From positions 15,934,001 through 15,998,000 of the forward strand of contig NC_043006.1 in NCBI RefSeq assembly GCF_006345805.1: a stretch of DNA of 64,000 bases. The letters are read 5' to 3'. A model generated the notes under the pieces. That model was not told the origin of the DNA and made no database searches. It saw nothing but the letters and a program-made list of their open reading frames with translations. Origin of the DNA: Octopus sinensis. Taxonomy: Eukaryota. Shown here in pieces: positions 10,405 to 22,769 of the stretch; positions within the stretch are counted from its first letter, which is position 1; every line of letters begins with the position of its first letter. Made by a program: the position numbers and the translations under genes.

Positions 10405-10632
10405 TATAATATAAATTTAATCCAAACGGGAAAACAAAAAAACAACAACAATGGAACAATTACAGTATTATTATTAATAGGCGCTCAGGAAATGGAAGCA
10501 GGAAGGTATGACGTTTCGAGCGGAGCTCTTCGTCGGAAACATAAAGAAGGAAGAGAGAGGAAAGAAGATCCCAAACGGGCAACAGGGGATAGAGAAAAAA
10601 ACGACTGGTGTTTACGAGTTCACATGGTGAAA
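10405..10632 (-). mobile_element. Dispersed repeat family P (variant-hammerhead element)
   Basis: Shares tttccgacgaagagctccgctcgaaacgt and cctgagcg with 35740-35945; bounded by microsatellites. Confidence 0.6.
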
Positions 10633-10695
<63 letters not shown>

Positions 10696-11409
10696 CATAT
10701 TACATATACATATACATATACATGTATTTATTGTTGAAACAATGGTCGTTACTATATAAATTACAATTTATTATGCTATACACCGCTAGTGTAGAATATA
10801 CACTAAGTTCATAAGAAGAAAGTATTCGTGATGAGTACGTCATTGATCATAGGTTTGCTCAGTCAAGCCTGATACGGGGCCCGGCACTAATAATACAATA
10901 ATAATAAGCCACCAGAAACCTCTTCTCACGCCAACTGAGAAGTTTGTACTCAGTAGCTCAGCTTGCAAAAATTAGGTACCAAATTCCTCTCAAATCAAAC
11001 GTTAGCTATTGGATTTTATAATTAAAAAAAAAACGAAGAACTCTCAGCAATTAATTGTAGGTATGTAAAATTCGGGATAGTCACGGCTAGACCGCCTTTG
11101 CTTATATGATTGGTTGATCGGAGCTGACCTAGTGATAATCACCAGTAATAAGACTACAATAACATAATTCTATAGGGCGGTTTTATTGATGACATACAGA
11201 TGTAGAATATTTTTTGTAGTATCTTTTCGAACACAACTTTTCTATTAGAATTTCCTGTAAGTCTACAATGATCTATGTGTGCTGGGTTAGGACTAGACGG
11301 AGCAAAATAGTGGTAAGACCACAAACCTGAAGGCACCGTCGAAAATAGAAATGCAAAGATCCTGTGGGATTTTATGATTCAGAGCGACCATGAGAGAGAG
11401 AGAATAGGA

Positions 11410-14400
11410 AAACGTAGGTGTTGATATCAAGAAACGGAAATACGATGAGAGTGACAAAAGGAAGGTTCATGGTGGAAAAGAAGAATACAGGTAGGGTTAG
11501 ATATGCTTCAAAGAACATTTCTGTGTTAGACCGAAATGAGAAAGGGGAGCTTAAAAGCGAACACCAATACAAGGCAATGAAAATGAAGTATAATATTGAA
11601 AGAAAGGGCCTGAATGTAGTAATGGAGGAACTGAAACAGCGCCTCGTTGCAAAGAAAGCAAAAATGGTAAGATACGACCAGAGAATGAAGGGTAACTAGC
11701 AGAATAGGTTATTCAGAGTAGATCAGAATTGATTCTATAAAGAAATAAATGGAGAGTGTACAGAGGAAAAGTTGATACCAGATAACATTGAAAGTCAAAG
11801 ATTTTGGAGTGACATCTGGAGCAAAGACAAGGAGCACAGAAGGATGATGAATGGTTGCAAGAACTGAAACAAACAGTAGTCTGTCCAAAATAGGCAGAAC
11901 TAGTCATTTCAGTTAGGGAAGTGAAGGAAATCAGCAAAAAACATGAACAACTGCAAGGCCCCGGGACCAGATGGAGTTCAAGGCTACTAGATCAAAAGAT
12001 TTGGTGAATATAATGCAAGAATAGCTGCGCGACGCAACACCGTGTTAAATGCCAACCAAGTAACTCCAAAGTGGTTGGCATTGGGCAGGACTGTGCTGCG
12101 CTTGAAAAACATCGAAAAAGACAATACGGTAGACAATTACAGGCCGATATCCTGTTTGCTACTTATGTGGAAATTATTGACTGAATACACGCAGAGTCAA
12201 TGTACGAACATCTGGAGACAAATTGAATCCTGCCACATTAGCAGAGGGGTTGCAAGCGTAAGTGCAGAGGTACCAAGGATCAACACCTGATAGACAAAAG
12301 TGTACTTAGAAACTGCAAGAGGAGGAAAAGTGACTTAGCCATATCATGGATCAACTATCGTAAGGCGTACAATATGATCCCACATTCTTGGATTATAGAG
12401 TGTATGAACCTATTTGGTATTGCATCGAATATTGAGCGATTGCTTGGGAAAAGTATGGTGAATTGGAGGACGGACCTGACAGCATACGGAAGACGTTTAG
12501 GGACAGTAGAAATTAGGAGGGGGCACTGCCTGTCCCCACTGATCTTTGTACTGTGCTTGATACCACTAACACTGATTCTGAGGAAAGCAAAAGATGGGTA
12601 TGTATTCAAAAACAGCCGACAAAAAGTCAACCATTTGTTATTCTTGGATGATCTCAAACTTTATGGTAAAGATGAAGCCCAAGTCAGTTCCTTCGTTGAT
12701 ACGGTGTATACTTTCAGTATCGATATCAGAATGGAGTTCGAACAGAGAAAATGTAGTGTATTAGTCTTGAAGAGAGACAAAAGTCAAATGTATGGATGGG
12801 CTATCGATACCGTCTGGGTCGGTTATGAAGCAGATAGAAGAGACGGGCTAAGTAATTGGAGATTTTTGAAATGGATAAATTGATGGAGAAAGAAATGACA
12901 GAAAAATTTAAGGTGGAGTACTTGCGCAGATTGAGATTGATCCTTAAATCGAAATTAAACGGACAGAATAAGATTGAAGCTGGGCGGTTTCACTCCTTAG
13001 ATATGGAGTAGGGGTAATCACATGGACAGTAGACGAACTAAAAGCTTAAACAGAAAGACAATGAAGTTGCTGACTAGATATGGGACACTCCACCCAAGAA
13101 GTGACACAGACAGACTGTATGTACCATGAAAAATAGGGGTAAGAGGACTTATTGGATGCGAACACAACATTAGATCAGAAGAAAACAACATAGTATGGTA
13201 TGTAAAAAGTATCACAAAACCGCTATTATTAGAAGTAAGATGGTCAGGCTTGTGTAGGATGAAAGATTGCAAAGATAAAGCACTGTAGAAGCAATTGAAA
13301 TCGAAAAAAACTGAAAGTACGTGGGTAAAGAAACGAATGCATGGACAATTTCATAGGATGTTGAAGATAAGACAGACAGAGATAAAAGGTGGCTGTGGAT
13401 GACTAAAAGTGATTTAACACCAGAATCGGAGGCTCTAATCTGTGCTGCTCAAGAGCAAGCACTAAGAACAAACTACATAAAATACAGAATAGACAACACA
13501 GCAGAAAGTGATAAGTGCTGAATCTGTGGACAAAATTCTGAAACCGTATGGCATATGTACTCCACTAGCCAATGTACTCCACTAGCCCAGAAGGAATATG
13601 AGATGCCACGAAAATATAGCCAGGCTTGTCCATTGCACACTTTGCAACAAGTATGGACTTGACAGAGCAAAAAATTGGTACGACTACAAACCTGAAGTCA
13701 TCGTCGAAAATAGAAATGCAAAGATCTTATGGGATTTTATGATTCAGAGCGACCAAGAGATAGAGAATAGGAAGCCGGCCATAGTATTAATTAAGAATGA
13801 AAAAAAACTATGCTGGATCATAGATTTAGCATGCCCAGCTGACAACAAGGTATCCGATAAGGAGGAAAGAAAAGTTGATAAGATATGTTAGTTAGTTAGT
13901 TAATTTGGCTCAAAAGCAAATAGCAAGGCCATGTAGGGGGATATGGAGTTAAGTACAGGGTGGTGTTCATGTAAAGAGTTCAGGCCACTTGAGGTCAAGG
14001 GAGGCTTTGAACAAAGCGGTCGTCGGCATCCTCACCATCTCGTCTGGCAGCTTGTTCCACGGATCCGCAACCCGGACGGAGAAAGCTCCTCTCCTTCGAT
14101 TGAGATGAAATCGTCGCAGATAGAGCTTTTCGGAATGACCCCGCAGCCGACGCTCTGGAGCAGGAGTGAAGAACAGCTCTCTCGAGAGGTTACACTTTCC
14201 GCTTATGATGTTGAGGGCGAGAATGAGATCACCACGGCGGCGGCGTTTTTCAAGAGAATAAAGGTCGAGCGTCCTCAGCCTTTCTTCATAGGACAAATTT
14301 TTGAGACCCTGAACCATGCGGGTAGCCAGCTTCTGGACTCTTTCGAGATGCTGTATGTCTTTGAGGAGATATGACAGGTTAGCTTGGGAAATTAAGCAGT

Positions 14401-14415
14401 TGTGGTCGCTTTCAT
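11410..14415 (+). mobile_element. Decayed R4/Dong-type non-LTR retrotransposon (RT + CCHC + restriction-like endonuclease), interrupted by CR1
   Basis: Fragments [41 protein letters not shown]...C, HENIARLVH..LC, KILWDF..IENRKP..IIDLACPADN and RYDRLAWEIKQLWS. Many stops and frameshifts. Confidence 0.85.
13888..14366 (-). mobile_element. CR1-clade LINE 3' fragment inserted in the R4/Dong element
   Basis: ORF 13967-14317 (LSYEERL..LEKRRRRGDLI..RGH..FSVRVADPWNKLP..FKASLD), a (TAAC)n tail, and flanking AGATATG at 13881-13887 and 14367-14373. Confidence 0.9.
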
Positions 14416-14979
14416 ATTACATTCTCAGCTGCCGTTATTGAATTTTTGCAGTATTCCATGTCTTCGCCGAAAACCGAAATTGTTTATCAAATTAGATACT
14501 TAAGTTTAGCTTCGCCTTTGGTTTTCCCTTTCTCTTGACAGTTAAAGAAAGTTCTATAGGTAAGTGCTCTTTTTATCTCCCTGGACTCAAGTAGCAAATC
14601 CCCGCCATTGAATCCTTCATGTCTAAGAGGAAATGCCGTAGGTCCGACAAAGCAAACCACTTTGGGGCATTAAAGAAATTATAGTCGCTGTCACGTGAGG
14701 CACGATACATTTCTAATTCACTTTTTCTAATTTGCTCTCTAACTCCCCTCTGTAATACATATTGTTATCGCTATTTCTTTGCTGAATGCTGATTTCAACA
14801 CTATACTCATCCTTTCGAAGTGACCCATCACCGGTTACTGCTGATCATCCCAGATATGTAGAATAGATAAGTAGAGCAGAAAAAAGCAAAAGGCGTAAAA
14901 GGTTTCCATTCTCAAGTTACAATATTAAACAAGAGATAATAGCATGAGATAATAATAAGAATTATTATCATCATTCGCA

Positions 14980-15077
14980 GACGTCGACTTTGCCTTTCAT
15001 TCGTTGGGGTCGATAAATTAAGTAGCAGTCAAGTACTGGGGTCGATGTGATCGAATATGCACGTCCCCCAAAATTTC
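14980..15077 (+). mobile_element. SINE family C2 fragment interrupted by a family D SINE (tail resumes ~15429)
   Basis: gtcgactttgcctttcattcgttggggtcgataaattaagt...cccccaaaatttcag. The tail agtagaaaggattattatt follows the D copy, as in the copy at 15815-16010. Confidence 0.6.
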
Positions 15078-15226
15078 AGTCGAGCAAATCAACCCCAGGA
15101 CTTATTCTTTTGTAAGCCTAGTACTTATTCTATCGGTCTCTTTTGCCGAACCGCTAAGTTACGGGGACGTAAACACACCAGCGTCGGTTATCAATCGATG
15201 TTGGTGGGACACAGACACACAAACAT

Positions 15227-15257
<31 letters not shown>

Positions 15258-15428
15258 TATCTACGACAGGCTTCTTTCAGTTTCCGTCTACGAAATCCAC
15301 TCACAAGGCTTTGGTCGGCCCGAGGCCATAGTAAAAGACACTTGCCCAAGATGCCACGCAGTGGGACTGAACCCATGACCATGTGGTTGGTAAGCAAGGT
15401 GCTTACCACATAGCCCTCCTGCGCCTAT
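15078..15428 (-). mobile_element. tRNA/CORE-type SINE family D with internal (TA)/(TG) microsatellite, 3'-truncated
   Basis: Head ataggcgcaggagggctatgtggtaag..ggttcagtccc and CORE-like gtggcatcttgggcaagtgtc. Confidence 0.85.
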
Positions 15429-15489
15429 AGTAGAAAGGATTATTATTATGATTAATGCAGCGAGCTGGCAGAATCGGTAGCATCTCATA

Positions 15490-15790
15490 TGAAGATAAAT
15501 AGCGCATAACCTTGCAGGTGGAGCCCAGCAAGAATTTTTTTCAGTTTGAGTAGCCTGTCTCGCTCAAAAGATCCCTGAATGAGAGTTGTTTAAGGATGTT
15601 GTGCGAAACAACCAAGGTCCGAGAGTTAAATCATTCAAACCCCAAAGAATTCTATGACTATTCCTACTCATGATTAGAGATGCACACGTCGCCAGACACT
15701 AAGCGACATGCTAAACTGGTAAAGGTCAAGCAAATCTGTATTATTGAGAAGAATATTTGCTGTGGACCATCTTTTGTACCAACACGAAAC
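15490..15790. repeat. Unclassified interspersed repeat (shared with 56575-56862)
   Basis: Shared blocks ttcaaaccccaaagaattc, atgattagagatgcaca, gacatgct, aaggtcaagcaa, gaatatttgctgt and ccatctttt. Confidence 0.55.
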
Positions 15791-15814
15791 ATGTAGTTGA
15801 TAAGACTTCCAATC

Positions 15815-16010
15815 CACTGCTCGGTACTCTGGTATTTCGCCCGTCGCTACGTTCCGTATTTAAATTCGGCGGCGGTCGACTTTGCCTTTCATCCCTTCGA
15901 GGTCGATCAATTATGTACAAGTAAAACACTGATCGTCCCCTCCCAACAAAATCCAGGCCTTGTGCCTACAGTAGAAAGGATTATTATTATTATTATTATT
16001 GTTGTTTTTA
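15815..16010 (+). mobile_element. SINE family C2 (Meta-like core, tail ccttgtgcctacagtagaaagg(att)n)
   Basis: ggtatttcgcccgtcgctacgttc..gtcgactttgcctttcatccc. Confidence 0.65.
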
Positions 16011-16020
16011 GTAGTAGTAC

Positions 16021-16063
<43 letters not shown>

Positions 16064-16111
16064 TGTTGTTGTTGCTGTTGTAGCTACTGCTTTGTCCTCT
16101 ACTATCCAATA

Positions 16112-17378
16112 CGAGGGGATACCCAAAAGTAACTGGAACCATTCTCCGTGGAACAAGCCCGTTGTAGTTCAGGCTTCTGCCTCTAGAAGCTACATTATGT
16201 AAGCCTCAGGCATCAGTCAGTCGACGAGCGTCGTCGATTATAGTCGTACCGCCACGTGGTGGGTTTTTGTTTTTCAGTGCTTCTCCCCTGTTCGTCGATT
16301 TTTATGATAGTTTTCACGAAAGAACAGCGTACTTCCTTGAAATTCGATTTTCTGCTGGTGAAAACGGCGACCGAAATAGTTATCGTGGTTTAAATAGCTT
16401 ACAAGGACGCTGCCGTGAGCAAAAAGACAAGTTTACAAGTGGTTTTCACGCTGTAAGATTGGTCCTTGTCGCCTGAAGACCAAACTAGTTTAGGGCGACC
16501 GTCAACTTCCAGAGCGAATGAAAACATCACGAAAACTCGGGAGCTGGTCTTGGATGACCGTCGCCGAATAATTAATAAACTTGCTGATATGACTGGTGTG
16601 TTCTGGATCTCCTGTCAATGAATTTCGAGCGAAATTTGTGCCTCACCTACTCACAGAAGATCAAAAGCAGTCGCGACTGAAAGTGTGTGTCGTGAACTGA
16701 AAGAACAGTTGGAAGTTGATCTAGACCTTCTTTCGAAAGTCATCACTGGTGATGAAAGCTGCTACTACGGCTACGACCCGGAAATGAAACAGCAATCAAG
16801 TCAATGGATGCATTCAATGTCTCCAAAGCGAGTCAAGTGAAGTCCAATGTCAAGATGATACTAATTTGTTTCATCGATGCGAAATTTCTTCCTCCTGGTC
16901 AAACTGTTGACCAAATATTTTACTTGGCAGTTCTGAAGCGTTTGAGAGACGCGGTGAGACGAAAATTCCACGACCTGTGGCAAAGTAAAGAGTGGTTGTG
17001 CTCACACCGCCTTAAATGTAATAAAGTTTTTGACCAAAAATGGCATGTGAGTTTACCTACTCACTCTTTTCACCCAAACTTGCTCCCTGTGACTTTTTTT
17101 GCATGTTTTTTTTTTTTGCCTGTGACTTTCTTTTTGTTCCCCGAATGAAAGAAATCCCCAAAGGAAAGCGTTTTCCTGATGTGGAAATGGTGAAGAAATA
17201 AACGACGGAGGCATTAAAAGGCATCACTTCACAAGAGTGCCAGGACTGTTTCGAAAATGTGTGGACCGAAGTATTACTTCAAATGGAGAATACTTTGAAG
17301 ACGATAAAAGTGTGAACATGCAAATTAATTGAATAAAATAATATTGCGAAATTTCAGTTTCTTTTGGGTCCTCCTTCA
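16112..17378 (+). mobile_element. Near full-length decayed mariner DNA transposon
   Basis: TA-flanked imperfect TIRs (cgaggggatacccaaaagtaactggaa / rc tgaaggaggacccaaaagaaactgaaa). Transposase remnants KVITGDESCYYGYDPEMKQQS, KSNVKMILICF, GQTVDQIFYLAVLKRLRDAVRRK and PCDFFLFP.MK..KGKRF. Confidence 0.9.
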
Positions 17379-19748
17379 TATATATGTATTGCAAGGTGTT
17401 CATTTTATACATCTCGAAATGAGAAATTGCTTTGCTGTTCTATAACGGCATCAAAAATATGGTTCACGAAAATAACTCGGAGGAATTTTCGTCCTACAAA
17501 ACAGATATGCGTGTCTCAGATATATATAATAGAGCAAATAGCAGATCTTGAATTAAGTGGTTTTATCCATGCAAATACTGGGCACACATTCCCTCCAGTT
17601 GTATTTACAAATGAAAAAAGCTCTGTAAAACTGAAATTTTGGTAAAATATAGAAAATAAGTTTTGAAATGGTTGTCTTCACACCAATAGTTAAAAATAAA
17701 GAAAATGTTTCGGTCTTATGATGCTCCCAATGATTGGTGTTTTTCTCTAATATTTATTGTAGTTGTTATTTTTTAAGTATTCTCATAATTTATCAGTTCG
17801 CAATACAATTGTATTACATTGTATTACATTTGTATTACATTTATGAGATACTACTGTATTTGTGATGTTGGTATGATAATGATGATGATGATGATGATGA
17901 TGACGACGACGACGCCGACGATGATGATGATTATGATGATCTGTTTGGTCTATTTAGATTATTTTATTTTTTACGTAGGCAATAAATTTATCTTTTTTAC
18001 ATGAACAATATTGACTATCAGCTACCTGAGTCTACGTAACCGCATGTACAATAGCATATAAATATGATAAAGGGATAGTGAGTTAGATAACTATATAAAC
18101 ATTAAAAACACACACATACACATACATATTTATATGTATGTATGTATATGCACAAAAATTACACACAAGAACATTTAATGTCCAGATAAGATGTGTAACA
18201 AATTTGATACACTGGCAACATAAAGCGTTTTCTTTGTGTAAAGAAACAACAAAGCATAAATTCAAAACTTTCAAAGAAAAAAAAATGAACTTTAAACAAA
18301 AACTCCTAAATGTATATGAAATATATACAAAGTTCAAACACAATGGTTGGTAGATGATCTGAAGGAATAAATGAAGAAAAATAACAGTGAATATCTGAAT
18401 ATATTCAATTGAGAACCAAACAAATGAACGGTTGAACATCCTTTTTTTTTCCTCTCTAAATCAATAATATTATTAAAAAGGAGAAAAAAACATTAAGTCT
18501 TTCTGAAGAAACAACAACCAATATATATTTAGAAACCAAAGGAAAATTCTCAATTGAGATTCATTCTTAGAAGAAAAATCTTAATGTGTTTTACATTTTG
18601 TAGTACTTAGTCTTCATGTTTCCTTCCTATATAGAAAGACGATTATCAAAGAGATAGAAGAGAGGAAGAGTAAGAAAGACGAAAAATAAGGAAATAGAGG
18701 CAGAAATAGAGAGATAGAGATTGAGACGCCATGTAAAAAGTTTGGGAATAGAAGAGAAATATTAAACCAGCTTATTAAAAATGAAAAAGATAATATACGA
18801 TAAGTCGTTTAATGCATTATATATAACGCATCACCTCTTACAGTGAATATGTCCAACAATGCAGAACGCAAACTAAAGATATAGAGAGAGAAAAATACCG
18901 GAACCAACTGCCATAGTCCCCCCCTTGAATTATTGATGGTAGCTAAAAGTTTTCATGTAGCCGAATATATTTAATGATAATTTTAAATGTGGGTCTCCGC
19001 TGTAGATAATGCTAAATTATATACACTATTAACGAAATCAACTATTAACAGATCAAAAGCTACTAATTATTTCCTAGTTTGAGTTAAATAACAGCTAGAC
19101 GTGGGAAGTGCACGCCGAATAAAGTTAACAATAGGCCAGCCTACAAGCTTATACACAGATAACATGGCGCTGCTAAATCTCGTTACATCAAAAGCAACAG
19201 TGGCAATCGGTTTGTTAGAGTGTAGTCGGCGGTTCAAATCTTCCCATGACATGGAGAATCTCAAGGGGACTCATTAACCTAAATTTTCTTTTCTAGAACT
19301 GTGATGATTAAGTAATCACTATTACAATAGACACAGGGTGGTGGGGATTATAATGTGAACGTGTTTGTCCGACCATTCAAGCATCATTCATAGAAACGAG
19401 GAAGGACAAACACATTTCATAATGTCGTTCTAACGATATAAATAATGTGGTTGTTTAGTCTGATGATCATATATTTGATTCTGAGGTGTTGGTTTGGCCT
19501 TGCACGAGCAAAAGCACAATCATGCATTTGCATAACCCACCACCCACTCTTAAACACACACACACACACGTACATATACACTTATAATTATACATTGTAC
19601 ACATACGCACGCACACGCATATATATACTTATATATATATATATATATATATAAATAGGTGAATGAATTATCCTATGTTTATCGTCAGCATGGAAAATTC
19701 GTTTAACCGAAACCTGGGTAGCAAATTCACGTCAGAAACACGGTATCC

Positions 19749-19781
<33 letters not shown>

Positions 19782-19806
19782 ATATTATATATATATATAC
19801 ATATAC

Positions 19807-20072
19807 AATATTTTTTATAATTATGAGTATAATTATAATTAGGGTTCAGCAAAAAATTTGCTTCACCACATACCGAACTTTAGAAATAGCAGCCAAAGAA
19901 CCTAGCTATTTCTTCTACTATAAGTTCGGTATGTGGTGAAGCAAATCTTTTTCTGAACCCTAATTATAATTATACTCCTAATTATAAAAAATATTGTTTA
20001 AGTTTACCGAAAATGGTCCTTTTAACATGCCGAATACTACTTGGTGGAATTATTAATTAATTTTGCCCTATA
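19807..20072. repeat. Long palindrome (~190-bp hairpin, 19807-19997) plus partial third arm; family F
   Basis: caatattttttataatta..agggttcagcaaaaaatttgcttcaccacataccgaact / agttcggtatgtggtgaagcaaatc..ctgaaccctaatt..aaaaatattg; homologous to 49552-49800. Confidence 0.8.
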
Positions 20073-20081
20073 TTATTATTG

Positions 20082-20119
<38 letters not shown>

Positions 20120-20120
<1 letters not shown>

Positions 20121-20446
20121 AGAGGACGCATGGCACAGTGGTTACCTCGTGAGGTAACTGAGTTCGATTGCCGAGCCGGGCTGTGTGTCGTGTTCTTGAG
20201 CAAAACACTTTATTTCACATTGGTGCAGTTCATTCAGCTGTGGAAATTAGCTGCGGCACCACTGGTGCCAAGCTGTATCGGCCTTTGTCCCTTCCCGGAG
20301 GTAACATCGCGGTCCCGTGAGGAGGGAAGTTTGATATGTATGGGTGACCGCTGGCCTTCCGCAAAAACAAACTTGCCCCGAAGGGGATCTCTCTAGCTGC
20401 AGCAATCCCATTGTCCTTCATGATCGAAGGGTGTCTTTACCCTTTT
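20120..20446 (+). mobile_element. tRNA/CORE-type SINE: head B + tail Z (diverged)
   Basis: gtgttcttgagcaaaacactttatttcac...cactggtgccaagctgtatcggcc; homologous to 43353-43687. Confidence 0.75.
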
Positions 20447-20509
20447 AGTATATATATATATAATATATATATATAATATATATATATAATATATATATAT
20501 ATATATAAC

Positions 20510-20710
20510 GGAAAGCTTTATGAAAATAAACAAAAGACGAAGGCAGGTGGAATACAAACAAACAATTGCATTAGTATGGCGCTCAGGAATAGAAATAAAA
20601 CAAGTCTTTTACGTTTCGAGCCTACGCTCTTCAACAGAAAGATACACAGAAAAGAAACACGGAGAGAAACAAGGAGAGAAAAAATGCGTGCAGAAGCTAG
20701 CGAATCAACA
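20510..20710 (-). mobile_element. Dispersed repeat family P (variant-hammerhead element)
   Basis: Minus strand tcttt-ctgttga-a-gagc-gtag-gctc-gaaa-cgta-aaaga followed by cctgagcgcc, as in the other P copies. Confidence 0.55.
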
Positions 20711-20773
20711 TATATATATGCACACATATATACACGTATTATATATGAATATATATATATATATATATGTATG

Positions 20774-20807
<34 letters not shown>

Positions 20808-21072
20808 GGTGTATATATATATATATATATATATGTGTAAATGTGTATATGTATATATATATGGGTGTGTGTATATATATGTATATATATATATATATAT
20901 GTGGATATATATGTGTATATATATATATATATGAGTGTATATATATGTATATATATATATATGTGTGTGTATATGTATATGTATATGTGTATTTGTATAT
21001 ATATATATATATATATGTGTGTATATTTATATATATGTATATATATATGTATATTTGTATGTGTATATGTAA

Positions 21073-21110
<38 letters not shown>

Positions 21111-21113
<3 letters not shown>

Positions 21114-21336
21114 GATGTCTTTAAAATGGAACTGGATCTCTTCCTGTCAGGTGTCCCAGATGAAGCAACTTCACGGCAGGAGGTGCAGATGAGGGCAGCT
21201 GCATCGAACTCTCTCATGCACCAAATGGCAGTTGCTAAAAAGCTTTCGTGAAGTAAAACCAAGTAGCAACACCAAATGGCGGTGCCCCAGCATGGCCACA
21301 GCTCATGAGCTGAAACTAGAATCAATCAATCAATCA
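21111..21336 (+). mobile_element. CR1/L2-group LINE extreme 3' fragment with 3' UTR and (ATCA)n tail
   Basis: [38 protein letters not shown]; homologous to 38018-38345. Confidence 0.75.
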
Positions 21337-22036
21337 TATATATATATATACATATATATACATATACACTCAGGGTTTCAGAAAAAATTTAGATGCAGAT
21401 GAATATGGTACTTAAGTTGAGGCACCACCAGAATTTAGTACGGCATTATCCATACAATTTCAAAGTAAGGGGATTAAAATCAAAATAAGCAACAAGTATA
21501 TCCAGAGGTAATGCAGTACGATCTTTTCATGCAACTCCATTTAATTGAACAATGCAATCATTACATCAATTTAAAATGCAGAGCAATCTCCAGCTGCACA
21601 AAAACATAGAATTTAATTAAATTAGAACAGATGGGCACATTAGTATAATTATACCTAAAATCTCCAAGAAATTAAGGAGATAGACAAAGAATATGCTGCC
21701 TCACTCCATTTTAGATGTTACTGAATGTTCAAGATAGAAATTGTTATAGACTCCGCCTGTCACTGACTTTTTGTTTTTATGGAGTCAGTTTTAATTTATA
21801 GACTAGTTTATCAAATCCCATGTATATCTAAGGCTGAGAGAACAGAGGGTAGTATCTGTTAGGGCTGGGGCTCTGGGTGCAGAGAGACATCACAGTTGGT
21901 ATAGTCATAAAAATCAAGATTTATTAGAAGCAATATCATGAGCTTTGGTGAAGGAAACCTTAAAAGTTTTTAATAGAGGCAAAAAATGATAGTTTGAGTA
22001 ACAGAAAGTCTACTAACTTAGTTGTGAAAAAAATGC

Positions 22037-22441
22037 ATGGCGCAGGAGTAGCTGTGTGGTAAGTAGCTTGCTTACCAACCACATGGTTCCGGGTTCAGGC
22101 CCACTGCGTGGCATCTTGGGCAAGTGTCTTCTGCTATAGCCCCGGGCCGACCAATGCCTTGTGAGTGGATTTGGTAGACGGAAACTGAAAAAAGCCTGTC
22201 GTATATATGTATATATATATATATGCGTGTGTGTGTTTGTGTGTGTGTTTGTCCCCATAGCATTGCTTGACAACCGATGCTGGTGTGTTTACGTCCCCGT
22301 CACTTAGCGGTTCGGCAAAAAAGACCGATAGAATAAGTACTGGGCTTACAAAGAATAAGTCCCGGTGTCGATTTTCTCGACTAAAGACGGTGCTCCAGCA
22401 TGGCCGCAGTCAAATGACTGAAACAAGTAAAAGAGTAAAGA
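22037..22441 (+). mobile_element. SINE family D, full-length
   Basis: Head to tail gactgaaacaagtaaaagagtaaag, with the internal microsatellite. Confidence 0.9.
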
Positions 22442-22694
22442 AAGATGCGTCAATCAACATTACTCATAAGTCTTTTTTATAAGTGGTTCTAAGCTGCTTC
22501 CTGTTTCGCCAGGATGAACACGAGTGACACCCTTCAGTTGTTGATAACAATAGTCGAAAGTAGCCCAGCTGTTTGGGAGCAACTACCGTAGACGTTTTCC
22601 TTTGGTGTTAAGCGCTAGTGTCACTTCAAGTCTCCTTTTCTGAAACTGTCCTTTAAATATATATGTACATATATATATATGTACATATATATAT

Positions 22695-22769
<75 letters not shown>

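Noticed and set aside
13943-14374. 143-aa plus-strand ORF
   Set aside because: Antisense shadow of the CR1 ORF2 fragment on the minus strand.
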